Positions 23,354-36,780 of a DNA stretch of 64,000 nucleotides are shown in pieces (positions within the stretch are counted from its first letter, which is position 1; the number at the start of each line of letters is the position of its first letter). This DNA is from Schizochytrium sp. TIO01 (taxonomy: Eukaryota; Protista; Bigyra: Labyrinthulomycetes): the NCBI GenBank assembly GCA_004764695.1, contig SMSO01000037.1:1836747-1900746 (forward strand), written 5' to 3'. The notes beneath the pieces were generated by a model. That model had not been told where the DNA came from, made no database searches, and was given only the letters and a program-made list of their open reading frames with translations. The translations under genes and the position numbers were made by a program.

Positions 23354-24597
23354 AGTGCTGAAAAGCAGCGTGAGCAAACACGGGTCTGGTTAAGATACGT
23401 CTTTCAGCTTGGCACGATGTACACAGTGAGGTATTTTTTGAAGTACAGGCACGTTTAGGAACCCAGTTCCGGTCGAACCTCCTCCAAAAATTTTAGGCTT
23501 GATCTCCAGCTGCTGACACCTTTACAAAAACTCTTCAGGCGTGAATATATTGCGACCCCAATTTATATGTAAAGCTATTGCTGAGCAGCGTCCAGGTACT
23601 CAACGCCTTCTACTCGTTGACTCCGCGGAACTTGACGCTAAGCTGGTCACTTTGGCGGGTCAATTAGCAAAGCAACGTTGCAGCTCAGGTCCAAGATCCC
23701 GCCCGCTACGTAGGTCCAGCTCACCTGTCAGACCTCTGTTCCAGGTACCTCCAGGGCCGTTTTCAGTGGGGCCTCCGCCGGCGTGGCCGGAGCGGAGTCC
23801 CGAGAAGCTTTGCGGCGTCCACGCGATGAATTCTAACCTGTATCGAGTATGCAAGGAAAGTCAACAAAATAGGTAGTACGCCCTATAAAATTGAATGCCT
23901 TCTTTTATCAAAACTCTCTTATAAAATAAAATGAGTCATTGCTATTAAAAATAAAGTAAAATGTTTTCCTTCTTTATCCCAATGCTTTTTTGACCTTCTT
24001 TCATTAAAGCAATCAAGTTGTTTATCTTAGCGAGTCTATTCTAGCTGCATGTCGTGTGCATCTAGTTCCTGAGCATAAGGAGTTTGGAGACTCGCTCAGA
24101 GTGAGCTCTGCGTTGACTCTGACAAAGATTCTCCCCGTTTGAGGCTGTCCACAACTTGTGCGGGAAGTTGTTTTTCTACTACTTGCTCTTTGTTTCTCCA
24201 TGAAAAGAAGACGAACTTTCTTCGGCGCTGATGCGCGCCGGATGTTACTGTCCACTTTGCGAGCCTGCTCTCCAGGATGAAGAAGATGATGCAGACCTTG
24301 AGAACAGCACTCTACCTGGACTGTCCTATCTATGCGGCAAATTATCTCAGACATTATGAGCATTACATTGGCTATGTGGTCTGGTTTTCACATGTTGAAC
24401 TTGTACCAAGACGAGAATTTGTAACGATTTTGGTGTGTCAAGAAAGACCTCAGCATCGTAGACGTGCATTTTCCAAGGTTAGTGATCGAGATAAAAACAC
24501 TTTTTGAGGATGGGGGGGGTGTTCTTTGGTGGGCACATTTGCTTCGGGAGGCTGGGCATGCTGAATGGGGCAGCAGGTTAGACAGTACGAAAGTATG

Positions 24598-24642
24598 TAA
24601 GTAAAAAAGTAAGTAAAGTAAGTAAAGTAAAGTAAGGTAAGG
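24598..24642. repeat. (AGTAA/AGTA/GGTAA) short tandem repeat
   Basis: Degenerate taagtaaag/taaggtaagg run downstream of the PP2C gene. Confidence 0.7.
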
Positions 24643-24915
24643 TAGAGTTGAAGTGAGAAAAAGGGGATAAACGAAAACACGAGAATGATCACGGAGGTTA
24701 GATGCAAACTGCAAACAGCAATGGACTTTGATTGGCGGGCACAATATGATAGCTACACCTTCGGCATCCTTTGGGGAATGGGGTTATCGGGTGATTGTTT
24801 TTCATTTTTTGCCCTGAGCTGACAAACAAAAGACTCTTGATTTTGGGAATGTTGATGATGAAGTAGTTTTGATAGGTCTGCTGGTACCAACGCCATGTTG
24901 CCACGAAGCGGGAAA

Positions 24916-26241
24916 TTAAGATGAGGTCTTGTTCCTTGACCGTGTACGAAAGAGACGACTAGACTTAGTCTTAGATGGGTGGTGATGAGCTTTGGCACCA
25001 CCATCGGTAAAATAAGAGATGGGCTTAAGAAGAACAACACAGGCAGTCATATTATCAGCTCCAATTCCTTGAGCAGTTTGAGGGGAGTCGCAGATGCACT
25101 CTTCGAAGATCTCCTCGAGAATCGCGGACGTACGATCTTCTTCTCCCTTTGCAAGATGTTCATTGATAAAGGTTACTACACGTTGGTTAGTCATGACGTC
25201 GAAGACGCCGTCACATGCAATGAAGATGAACTCGTCCTCGTCGGAAAGGTCAAAGACTTTAACATCAGGCTCAGAGGTGATGATCTGTGCCGCAGGCGAA
25301 ATTTTTGGGTCTACCTTGTACTTGAGATCACCAATACTCCGAGAGAGATTGAGGTTACCGTTCACACGGCCTACCTCATTGACAAAGCCACCAGCATCGC
25401 GGATGCGCTTCAACTCCTTCTCTTGTGTGGGCTTGTGGTCAAGAGAAAGAGCCTTGGCAACACCACCTGAGCTCAAGACAGCGCGCGAGTCGCCAGCATT
25501 AGCGACGTAGAGTTTTGCTCCGTGCAAAAGACACACGACGGCGGTGCATCCAGCATCCGTGTACTTTGCGCCAACAATAGATCCCTCCTCCTCTTGTTGG
25601 CCAGCTTCCTGCTCATCCATTGACTTGAGCTTCATCATCTTCATGACGAGTTCGAGGGCCTCGGCCTTAGTAAGGCTACCCTTTTGCTCGGCAGCATCCA
25701 TACGTTGTTTGACATCAGCCTGAATACTCTCACGCGTTGCCGGGGTGCTAGCAGCAGCCGCAGCGCCAGCCCCATCTTTAGCTTCTCCACCCTCGCTATC
25801 ATCTTCATCATCTTCATTGCCATCACTGTGGTTCTCTGCAGAAGTGGTCACGGCATCATCCTGATCACGAAGCTTGGCAAGCTCGGCAGAGTTCTCTTCT
25901 AGACGCAGCATGTCATCCATGCGATGGAAGGCCTCAGCAAGAGCAGACTTGAAGTCTCCATTGCTGAAGGATTCGAGGGATAATAGCTCATCAGCGAAGT
26001 GGTTTGCAACAAAGGCAGAAACCTCTTTGCCACCGTGGCCGTCAAAGACTCCAAATATCGATACAGGTTCTCCATCAATTTCGGCGATACCCGGCTTTGT
26101 AATGTGTGCATCCTCCATGGTCTTGCGCCAGCCCTGCATCTCTGAGACAGCGTAGATGTGCTCTTCATCGCCTTCAATACTGACATACTGCCCATCGAAG
26201 GACTCCTTCGTAGTCACTGGTTTGTCCAAGTACGCACCCAT
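24916..26241 (-). CDS. Protein phosphatase 2C (PPM1G/PTC2-like) with acidic insertion
   Basis: MGAYLDKP N-terminus (myristoylation-type Gly2), MQGWRKTMEDAH, FDGHGG, ANAGDSRAVL, DHKP, LNLSRSIGD, ACDGVFDV, DNMT. Confidence 0.96.
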   Translation of the reverse strand: MGAYLDKPVTTKESFDGQYVSIEGDEEHIYAVSEMQGWRKTMEDAHITKPGIAEIDGEPVSIFGVFDGHGGKEVSAFVANHFADELLSLESFSNGDFKSALAEAFHRMDDMLRLEENSAELAKLRDQDDAVTTSAENHSDGNEDDEDDSEGGEAKDGAGAAAAASTPATRESIQADVKQRMDAAEQKGSLTKAEALELVMKMMKLKSMDEQEAGQQEEEGSIVGAKYTDAGCTAVVCLLHGAKLYVANAGDSRAVLSSGGVAKALSLDHKPTQEKELKRIRDAGGFVNEVGRVNGNLNLSRSIGDLKYKVDPKISPAAQIITSEPDVKVFDLSDEDEFIFIACDGVFDVMTNQRVVTFINEHLAKGEEDRTSAILEEIFEECICDSPQTAQGIGADNMTACVVLLKPISYFTDGGAKAHHHPSKTKSSRLFRTRSRNKTSS

Positions 26242-29019
26242 GATTGCTTGCTACACTAGTTCGCACACAAACAGCACGATATGTCCAAATAAACAACTAT
26301 AAATTTTAAGGCGACGTGACGAAAAGATTCGCTCGTCAGCAGCTTCTGAGATCAATTACTCCTGCTGCTCCTGCTGCTTCTAAAATTGTTGTTGTTGTCG
26401 GCCTGGACGATGATAATTATGTTAATGTTGCCGCTCTTTTAGTTGAACTAATTTATATATAAAAGGAACGTATATCCTACGCCTCAGGTACTCTTATTTT
26501 CCACGAAACTGATTCGAGCACCAGTTTTCGTCACGTTCGTCACTTTATCTCCGACCTGGCCCTGTGCTCAGATCCTCGGCGTGCCTTGTTCCCTATGCGG
26601 AAGGTGCGCCAGACTCGTTTAAGATCGGGGTCCGTCAGGGAAGGAGATTGCGATGGATGGATGACGTCAAACCTGGCAAACCACGAGGGCTTGCGTCGTC
26701 GCCGTGTGGTACCGCTTCTGCTACCTGTACCAAAGGCGCAGACAGAGTAACTCCGTACTGTTTGTCACAAAGGGACTTCGCGAGAGCGCGCCTGCGAGCG
26801 CTAGCGCCGCCCGACCTTGCTCGATCGAGGTGGTGAACGGAGTTTGCGCGCGGGGCGCTCACTGCTCATCCCTCTCTCTCTCTCTTTCTTTCTTTTTCTG
26901 AGTTTGTCTTATGAATAAATAAATAAATTACTCCCAGTGTAAGTACTACTAGGACCGCCTAAAGAACTCCTAACTACATATCTGTTAATCCACCTATCCT
27001 AAACTATAGCACTAATATCGCTATCTAGCACAGTGATTTTTTTTAATACGGACTTTTTTGTATTATTAAAAATTAAACAAACTATGAATTGAAAAATTAT
27101 GCAAAAACAAAAACAAAAAACAAAAAACAAAAGAATGTAATTGAAGACCTTGAAGAGTCTGAGTATGTATGTTACATACCCATGTCGAACAAAACGAATT
27201 GCAGGCGTTGTCTTTGTGGCCTTCGTGGCAACTTTGAGAGCTTTGGTTCGTGAAGCCCGAAGGCACCTACGCATGAAGAGATCGCAGCAGTAGGTAGGTG
27301 GGTAGCCTGAGGTATTTAGAACGTGGGCAGCTCGCAGGAAAGAGGGAAACACACTCACTCTTGAAGTAGGTACCGTAGTAGGTAGGTGCCCTACTGCCTG
27401 GTGGTGATTTGTTGTTTTGCTGCTATAACTTTCATAATAAACTAACTTCGTACCGGGTTCCGAGAGAGCTAAAACTGCTTTCTCGTGGCGAGGGCTCTTA
27501 TTTGATAGATGACTAGCGCTCCGTAACGAGTTAACTCATTGAAGTTGACAACCAAAAGCCAAACGTTGTAAGTAAGCTTTCACAGGATACTTAAGTCCAT
27601 TTAAAATTATGTCTCTCTTTTGAAGATCTGATGATATATGTATTTCATTTATTAAAATATAACCTTTTTTTCTTTTCTTTTTTTTTCTTTTTTTAAAGAT
27701 ATCATGACGTATTGATAATGACAACAATAACAGAAATGATTACTTTTATTGAAGGTACTGACGTACCTGCTTACTAGTACTACAATAGTACTTTTTATCA
27801 AAGTGGGAGGGAATGAAAAGAGCGCACTCTTAGATCGTCTTGTCGTCTGATTGTTCTTTTCTGCATGAGAAAGAGCCGCGCAACACAGAACTCGGGGCTT
27901 TAACTATGATGTCAGACAGGGGGTTTAGCATCGATATTACAGTTTATTTTGATATCAGTCAGCTCCGATGTCTTTAATCTCCAAATTTATCAGGGTTTTA
28001 CAAAACGCATAGGTAGCTTCGTTATTTACTTGTTTACTCATTTATTCAGGCGCCATTTGCTAAATTTGCGTGAATGAATGAATGAATGGAATGAATGAAT
28101 TAAATAACCTTTGTGATGTTGTGCTCTAAAGCGAACTTTCCTAATCTGCATTTAGCACAGCCGCTCTGTTCCCACAAACGAAATATCGCACCCTTTACAC
28201 AAGAAATGCGCAGGAGCTCAAGAACTTTCGCAAGTGCTGGCATCCTCACTGATCCAAAGTTAACGACATGAACCCATGAAAGAAAGCTTTCTTCTTCTGA
28301 AAGCCTTTCTAACTCATCAGTTAATAACTCATTCATTTCAATGGGGTGGCATCCTCCTCCTAACCACACTAGGTAGTACTGGTAAGCTTTATTGGATTTA
28401 AAAAAATATAAATAATTTTTATTATTTTATTTCTAAATGAAATAATAAAAATAGTACTATTCACTATTACATATAACGTGAGAAGTTACTTGGTACCCCA
28501 TAAGCATGTTACAGAGTCTCTGGCGAGTATGCTGAGTAAAACTGAAGGGTCCCGGAGTTAAGGGGCATCATGGGATTGAAGGAGCCATGTCACCAAGCGC
28601 CCGAGGCGACGGTCGAATTAAAAAAGCTGCAGTCAAGCTTGGGTTTTCTGATACTAAAACGAGCTGAAGGCCAGTTCGAGGGAGCTTCAAGTCGTTCCTG
28701 ACGCTAGGAAGAGACCCCCTTTGGTCTCCAACGGTACATTCCGAGCTCTCTGCCGTGCTGGGCTTCTCTTTGTTTTGCAATTGCAGGTTAATCAGACATC
28801 AGCAGTAACCCAAATAAACGCGCAGGTACCCGCACAATAAATTGCCAGTGCTCCCAAGAACAACAATGATGACCGCCTCTGATCGTGCCGAGCGAGGGCG
28901 TTCAAGCTGGCAAATTAATTCGCCAAGGGAGGCTTGGGCCAATTCGCACACGGGACGAGGATCCGCAAACAGGCCGAGGGTCATCGGCAGAGCAGAATGG
29001 TAAGAGCGACTTGAAGAGT

Positions 29020-29047
29020 CACTCACTCACTCACTCACTCACTCACT
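29020..29047. repeat. (CACT)7 microsatellite
   Basis: Perfect tetramer run. Confidence 0.85.
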
Positions 29048-30907
29048 GAGTACGTAAGTGCGAGTCTGCTGTTTATAGGATTACAGTTTTATAGTTTGTT
29101 CGTGTGACTAGAACTCGATAGGCGCAGGTAAAGAAAGCTACGAGCTATAATAGAGAATGCCAGCGCACACCTCTATTGAAGGATGAACTCGACTCGAGTC
29201 TTTGGCGAGTTTCCCTCAGTGCTCGAAGGGGCGAGCGAATGCAACTGCTCCAGGAGAGGAAGTGCGTCTCTCCCCCGCCCGTGATCCCCAGCATGGAATT
29301 GTTCCGAGGCCATGGCATTGCGTGGAGCGGGCTCGTTTGTCATCGGTGCTCGTCTTCGGAATGCAAAGCGCATTCCATCAGCTTTTAATGTGGAAATTAT
29401 GAAAAACTTTTAGTTTTGGAGAAGATTTTTAAGTTGTGAAACCTGAAAAACTAAAGAGAAATTGTTATTAAACACCAGCGTTCTGCTGATCCGTACTCTA
29501 GAGAGTAGACACGTGATGTATTAAGGAGAGTAAACATGAGTCTTCTGTAGTTTACTACTTCCGCTACGCTGTATTTTTTATTTTATTTTTCAAATTAGAC
29601 ACTTAAATAGATATATTATTTTTAAATTTAAAAAAAATAAAAAAAAATATATATATAAGATAGGTAGGTAGTACAGCATAAACCATAGCACCATCTCATG
29701 ACGATTACATCATCACCGGGAGTCAGGTGGTGATGTCGCAGCCGATTGAGACAAGTTGCCATCAAACAAAAAATCAATTCACAGTGACACCCTTTAAGAA
29801 AGAAGATCAACATCACGATAAATCAACTTGAGGCAGAATGTAGCTCGGGTGCAGCAGTGAAGAAACAAACATGAAAAGTGCGTTATGTAGTCAAGACTTG
29901 ATATTTGTTACTACCTACTACCGTATTAGTAGGTATGGCACCATATGCGACTTACTACTGATTGAAGATTTTGCTTGTAAAACACAACTTTGAGCATAGT
30001 GAGTAATGGAGTCTTCTGGACAGTGATGAAGTCAAATAGAGATTTGAAGGCTCGTTTGAATTTATAGATTCCTGCGACGCCTTCAAGTGGTCTTCTGCTG
30101 CCACAAAATATATTATTATTTACCGATAGGATATTTGCCAATAGCGGGTATAAATACATCATCATCCATTATCAAACGTACTATAGTCCAGAATGGCGAC
30201 TACTCAAACGATTGAACGGATATTTGTATAAGATACTTGGATGAAGGTGCGTAAAGTCTATCTTTCTTTTAAAGGTTAAACAAATTAAAACCTCGCTGCC
30301 ATGCTGTTTGCTTTCATGTTGTCCTACCTGCCTTCAATTTTAGAGTTTAGAGTTTGAAACAAAAGAGTTTTCATGAGTGCAGGACTCTCACCAGTCGGAG
30401 GCTACTCGTGCAAACCTTTTCACTTCGGTTAAACTCAAGGAAAATAATTGTGTGTGTGGTCAGAGCCTGAATTTTACTAAATTAAAGATGAGATGAAATT
30501 GGGATAGAAAATGTGGTGAAAACGGTGCGCGAGCACAAACAATATTGACAGAGTTGTAGAGGTGATTTGGTAAACCATCATACGAAGCATAGACCGAAAC
30601 ACCATCTCTACATTTATATTGTATGCTGTTACAACAGTCTTTTTGTCTATGCAAATATGTTATGGAAAGAGCTTTGCTGAAACCCTGGGTTACACCTGCC
30701 CAAAAGGTTTGCAAACCAAAGATATAAAAGCTAGAGCAGGCATCTTACGAACCATCAGTTGCGACAGGAAGCTCAACGTGTTCGCAAACAATGAACCATG
30801 CCACCAAAGTTTTATTCGGTTGTGTGTAGAGGGTGATAAACGCGAATTGCATACATGTACGCAAGAGGCAAATTGATGCGCTCTCTCATAGGATGCACGC
30901 CCGATTC

Positions 30908-32194
30908 TTATGCCTTAGGCTTCTTGGGCACGAAGGAAGGAATACCAGTGATGGCACGGCCAAGGATGAGCGCGTGGATATCGTGGGTACCCTCATATGT
31001 GTTGACAGCCTCGAGGTTCATGACGTGACGAATGACGTGGTACTCGTCAGAGATACCATTGCCACCAAGCATGTCACGGGCAGTGCGAGCAACAGCGAGG
31101 GCCTTGCCACAGTTGTTGCGCTTAATGAGTGAGATCATTTCCGGTGCCACCCTCTTCTGCTCCTTCAGACGTCCAACCTGAAGGGCTGCCTGGGATCCGA
31201 GCGCGATCTCAGTGGCCATCTCAGCGAGCTTGAGCTGCGGAATCTGGTTGGCAGCAAGCGGAGAGCCAAACTGCTTCCGGTCAAGCGTGTACTGACGGGC
31301 GATCTCGTAGCACGCATGAGCAGCACCCATGCTACCAAATGCAATACCGAAGCGCGCGTTGTTGAGGCAACTAAAGGGTCCAGTGAGGCCCTTGACGTTC
31401 GGGAGCATGTTTTCTGCAGGAACCTTCACGTCATCAAGGAAGATTTGGCCCGTGGTGGAGGCCCGGAGCGAGAATTTTCCCTCGATGACAGGGGTGTCGA
31501 TACCCGGCATGTCGCGCTCGAGAATGAAGCCTCGGATATCACCCTCGTCGTCCTTGGCCCAAATGATGAGAAGGTCAGCGATGGGCGAGTTGGTGATCCA
31601 GTTCTTGGAGCCGCTAAGAATGTAGGAGCCGTCCGCCTGCTTACGAGCACGGGTCTCCATACCGCTGGGGTCCGAGCCGTGGTTGGGCTCGGTGAGACCG
31701 AAGCAACCAATTAAGTTCGCAGTTGCGAGCTCCGGAAGGTATTTCTTCTTCTGCTCTTCAGAGCCCCAGTCATTGATGGGACCCATGACGAGAGAGCTCT
31801 GCACAGACATGGCCGAGCGGTATCCACTGTCTACTGCCTCAATTTCGCGAGCGATGAGACCGTAGCCAACGTAGCCAATGCCAGCACCGCCATACTCTTC
31901 GGGGACAGTGGGTCCGAGGAATCCGAGCTTGCCGAGCTCTGTCATGAGGTTCTTGTCAAACTTCTCCTCGCGGGTAGCCTTGATGACACCCGGGAGCATC
32001 TCCTGCTGTGCAAATGCGCGAGCAGCATCGCGAATCTGAATCTCCTCCTCGGTCAAGCAGCTCTCCAAGTTGAGCGGGTCTTCCCAGTTAAAGCCTACAT
32101 AGCCCTTGGAGGCGAGCTGCGAAGAGAAGGCGCGCTTCGCAGCAGCGCCACCAACCTTCTTCACAGGAACGCTTGCACCACGAGACAGCATCAT
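30908..32194 (-). CDS. GCDH: Glutaryl-CoA dehydrogenase, mitochondrial
   Basis: [88 protein letters not shown]. The basic N-terminal segment looks like a transit peptide. Confidence 0.97.
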   Translation of the reverse strand: MMLSRGASVPVKKVGGAAAKRAFSSQLASKGYVGFNWEDPLNLESCLTEEEIQIRDAARAFAQQEMLPGVIKATREEKFDKNLMTELGKLGFLGPTVPEEYGGAGIGYVGYGLIAREIEAVDSGYRSAMSVQSSLVMGPINDWGSEEQKKKYLPELATANLIGCFGLTEPNHGSDPSGMETRARKQADGSYILSGSKNWITNSPIADLLIIWAKDDEGDIRGFILERDMPGIDTPVIEGKFSLRASTTGQIFLDDVKVPAENMLPNVKGLTGPFSCLNNARFGIAFGSMGAAHACYEIARQYTLDRKQFGSPLAANQIPQLKLAEMATEIALGSQAALQVGRLKEQKRVAPEMISLIKRNNCGKALAVARTARDMLGGNGISDEYHVIRHVMNLEAVNTYEGTHDIHALILGRAITGIPSFVPKKPKA

Positions 32195-35100
32195 TTTGAC
32201 CTCTTTTTCTTAGTACAGCTTGAGCACGAAGACCAAGCGCGTGTTCTTGAGCGATCAATTCTATTTCGGATTTGCTTGACTTTGTCTTCAGAATTGAGAC
32301 CCTTTGTACAACATCTATTATTAGGTATTTATTTTTAAATCTTTCTAAGCACTAGATAGAATGATTTCTTTTCTTTTTAATTTAAAAAAAAATCGTTCTA
32401 GCGAGCTCAATACTATGATACCTTTCAGAACACCAATGAACGATCCATAGCAAAATAAAGAGAACGGAAATAGCATTATTGCCTTCCTCTTAAGAGGCCT
32501 TTCCTGCTCATTCTGCGTAGTAACGAAATAAAAAACGTCTCCACATTATGAAATGACGCTAAGGCCGTCTCGTTAGCAGGTCTGGAAAAAGCCGTCGACT
32601 TTATTGAAAGAGCTGAGGGCCACTCAGACTTTCCCCATGTATTACTCATGCTCTCGCTTCAGAGGCCCATTCCACGCTGTTTCTTCTCATTCTCATCTTG
32701 AGCTCTCAAACTAACCTTGATCGCCCTCAGTAACAAGGAGCTATTTTCTTGCTATCATCGCCTTTTTACACATACAAACAAACTGCTTTACCTGAGGCTG
32801 TTCTCTACTATCATCTTAATTACTAACAAATGCCCCAATAAAAAATTATATTGCATTCATGGACTCATTGATCATCAAAATTAGTTTAAAAAAATTAAAA
32901 AATTAATTCCGCTCCTCATATCGATTCAGAAGCAAAATTTGTGTCGCATAATTCCCAGCCAACAAAGGAGGCAGTAGCTATGATAAGTCGCATGCGAGCG
33001 TACCTACACAGAAAGCCCCGCGAGCAGCGTTCACGTTGCATACCCTTTCCCGCTCGGAGGCCGGGACCGGCATTTCCTGCGACGAGCCGAACGACACCAA
33101 TAGACGGACGACCGGATACCGATGACCTATCTATCTATTTCTCTGGCATGTTTTTCCATCATGAAAAGATGGTTTTTGTGTAAAAACCTCTCTTCGTTTG
33201 TGGTGGGGATAATACCAGACGCAGGTAGCACCACCATTCGAGCAATTGGGTTTGATTTGATTTAATTAAAATAGGCATATACGAAAGGCAGCTTGTTGCC
33301 AAGGACCTAGAAGGATGTCTTCAAGTTGAATCTAACCGGGTGGATCAGACCTTGGAAAGACACTGCCATGATTAATTCAATTGAACACTACATTCTTGTA
33401 CCCTCACGTGCCAAAGGGACTGAATTGCGGCAGCAACGTCTCGGTATGAATTTGGCTGCCTGGGCTCCGTTCTCGACAGCGGAATCGCCACGCGTGTGGC
33501 GATCATATCAGTTGCCAGCGAATCTTGAAGCGGACCACTTGCTTGCTTGCTCATTGCGATCCCTCGCGCAGAGCGAGTTGCCGAGGTTGCGGCCAGCACA
33601 CCGAGAGACGGTTGGCGGACTTATTGGCAGAATCTGTCCTCGGAATGGTCCACGAACGGAGCTGCTGCAAGTGCGAGTTACAAATAGCAACAACTCCCAA
33701 ATAAATCTCAGGATTCATGTAACGTAATCCGAAGAGGTTCAAGCAATAGGCCTTTGTTAGGATTCAGAGAGATGAATATGAGGAACCAAAAACAATTGTT
33801 GCAGTTCGCACCCGTGCTCGACCTGTATTCGACGATAGTTTGTTTCTATGTTCATTTTCTATGGGGTTAAATTTTGCCGTAATCAGTCTCGTTGTTGACC
33901 ATTATTTCCACCACTAATTTGCAAAGTCGGCAACAGTGTGTGACAAGCTAACTGGAGCGATCGTCGAGACTCGAGGCGGCCGCGGCAGAGCTGACAGGCA
34001 GCGAAGTACACCGCCATCGCCATCTCCCGGGTATTTGTAAAAAGCTTCTCTTCGTAGCAGCAAAACACGGATTTTGCGAGGTGGCTCACAAATCGCGATG
34101 CGCCATCGCGGAGCGCTGCCTAGAACCGCTCCCGCTCCCGTCTTGAGGTTAACCAAAAAAAACGATACGTAGACTGCAAGGAATCGCCTGTCTGCATGCT
34201 GTGCATGTGCGCAACGCGGTCCTGCCGTGGACCGGAGAGAGCTCTTTGGCGGAATGCGCTCGCTTGCGCCATTGCGCGTTTTTGTGCGCAGAGAGCCGCC
34301 CTGCAAAGCTCTAAGTGAAAAAAGTGCGCAACCCAAATAAACGTACCCTCGTAGCTTACTCTTAGGAATAGATAGTCCTAGATACCAATCGCCAGGACGT
34401 TAAACGCACCGAGATGCTTACCTATCTAGGAAGTAGTAGGTGAAGAACTTGAACGAGTCCCTAAAGGAGTTACTCACACGTCATTGGAGAAAGGCAGTAC
34501 AACATCTCAGAACAAAAAACAAGTGACCGGCGTTGGGAATGTTTTGCGACAGGCTTCTAGTTTCCACCAAGAGAGCAGTGCTGAGAGGAGTTCTCTGATT
34601 CCGTTTCTTTTGGTTTCCCTTGAAAATAAGCATTGATGTTTTTACTATTTATTCACAGGCATGACTCGCGGTCGGGTATTTAAGTGCGTTAGATGCTACG
34701 AAAGGTCTTTTGTGGAGTCATATGCACAGCCCTTCATGTTATGTAGATTCATGCTAGCTACGAGCAAGTGCGACTGCTAAACGGACATTCTTCATGAGCT
34801 ACGGAAAATACACATTTACATTCCGTCGCTATGTTGAGACCATACTTTGGCCCTGGCTGTATTCTTCGACCACTCCACTGATTCCTTCCGAGCTTTTTAT
34901 TTTAATTAAAAAAATCTATAGATATGAATTATGATAAATCTATGTTAGGCCTATGCTAATGTAGACAACAAGCCTTCGCTCCAAATCAATCAATCTGAAG
35001 TCCTTTTGAGGAAACACGCTTCAATCATCGAAATCGGCAGGGAGGCCTGGGCTTAGAGCACGGCGTTGAGCTGGTGCACTGTAAGTGCTACGGCCTGATT

Positions 35101-36384
35101 GAAGGCTTTTGGCCCTCGAAAACAGTCAAACTGAAAAATAAATGTTACTTTGATCTTTGATGTTTGTTTGGACATTCCTCATACGCCTTTGGAATGTTTG
35201 GAGGAGTGGATGGAGGAGCATCGTAGCGATTAATAGTCGAAAAAGCTTCCATAAGCAAACCTCATGGTTGGATTGAACTTGCCCAACCCAATCTTCAAGA
35301 CTGCATCTCGGAGAAGCTGTACCTAATTACCCGCAGGTTTATATTTCCCTCGTCCTCCGCACTCAGCTATACGTACTTGACAACTTCTTTCACTTTGACG
35401 AAGGGGATCATTTAAGTTGCAGAATCAGCGTAAGACCCTTCTGAGCGTCAATGACTCATGTTCAACAACCTGCCAGTGAACCTCAAGTTATCCAGCAGTG
35501 AATAATATCTTACATTAGGGTACGTGCCACTATGCGCGTAGTATTAAAAGCTCTTAAGGCTTGCGAAATGGCCATGATAGGACCAATACGATGAATCTGG
35601 TACATAGGGCGATTCAACTTTTAAAGTGCCTAGTAATAGAACTGATGTGGCAGGACAAATATCTTGTATTTGAATGGATTGCCAAGGCCAACGCCCCGTG
35701 TCGTGTTGAGCGTATCGGTACGTCAGGCTTCCATCACAAGTGCAGAAAGTCCTTGGCCTTTTGTTTGCAGGTCCTGTTTCTTTATTGACTTCAAGATGTC
35801 GTAAAGAAATGACGCCACGAAGCTGGTAACTAGGATAGCTGAATATAGAGTGATGAACCTGAGGGAACCCTCTTTGTAGCACATTCATATGAAATGGAGG
35901 ATCGGAGTGACATACGCATGTATCATCACTAGTCCCACGTCACTGTAACGCCAGGTTGTAAACAGGTCGGTACAAGGAATAGGAAACTTAGGGATAATCA
36001 ACAAAGAGCTAGACGAGAATAGATGTGACTGCAGATTTCAAGTTTGCTGGTACGACCTACCCAATCGGGAGAAAGAGGTTTAATAGTATGATAATGTTTT
36101 CACATTCCGCTCATCTATCAAGGGTTCGAGATAGAAAGGGAGGCATTGACGAATGAATGATGCAAATGAGAAATGGCTTTTCCGTATTGCGACAGCCATC
36201 GTCATAGTGGATCTAACCACAAAGCTCGTTTTCATGCAGCCTCAAGGTCGGCATAAGGAATGTAATGCAACAAAGATCTTCGTAGGCTGCCCGAAACCTA
36301 AGATGACTATCGACTTGCGACAAGGCTTTCATTATAACTTAATACCTAATAGCAACAAGCAGTTAAGCGGCAGAACCGCAATTA

Positions 36385-36780
36385 AAGAGCATGGCCGCAC
36401 TAGGTAACTTATCAGCTGGCAGAACTAACTATCGTATTTCGTTCTTGATGCAAGCTAGCAATGCTTGCATAGCAAATAAATTAAGCTTTAAATCTTAGGA
36501 AGAAACATTTTTGGATGATGTACAAGTAGACCACTTCGTCTGGTGTGATATTTTACGAATTGGATGGTACTGTAATGGAAGAGCATGGCCCACGAGGTAA
36601 TCTATCAATTGGCAAGACCGACCATATCCTCTTCCTCCGTATCTCTTTCTTGATGCTAGCTAGCAATGTTTGCGCAGCAAATGCTTTAGGTTTAGCATCT
36701 TAAGAAGCAACATTTGCGAATTGATGTACAAGTAGGAGACCTCGCCTGGGCTGATATTTCTCCAATAGTAGTTTGCTGTG
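36385..36780. repeat. Diverged ~195-bp tandem duplication (2 copies)
   Basis: Copy 1 starts AAGAGCATGGCC at 36385 and copy 2 at 36579. Shared collinear blocks include TTCTTGATGC.AGCTAGCAATG.TTGC, ATCTTA.GAAG.AACATTT, TGATGTACAAGTAG and TGATATTT. Confidence 0.85.

Noticed and set aside
24100-24300. Minus-strand peptide QLPAQVVDSLKRGE reminiscent of the helix preceding nucleotide cyclase domains
   Set aside because: No cyclase catalytic motif follows, flanked by stops; likely chance.
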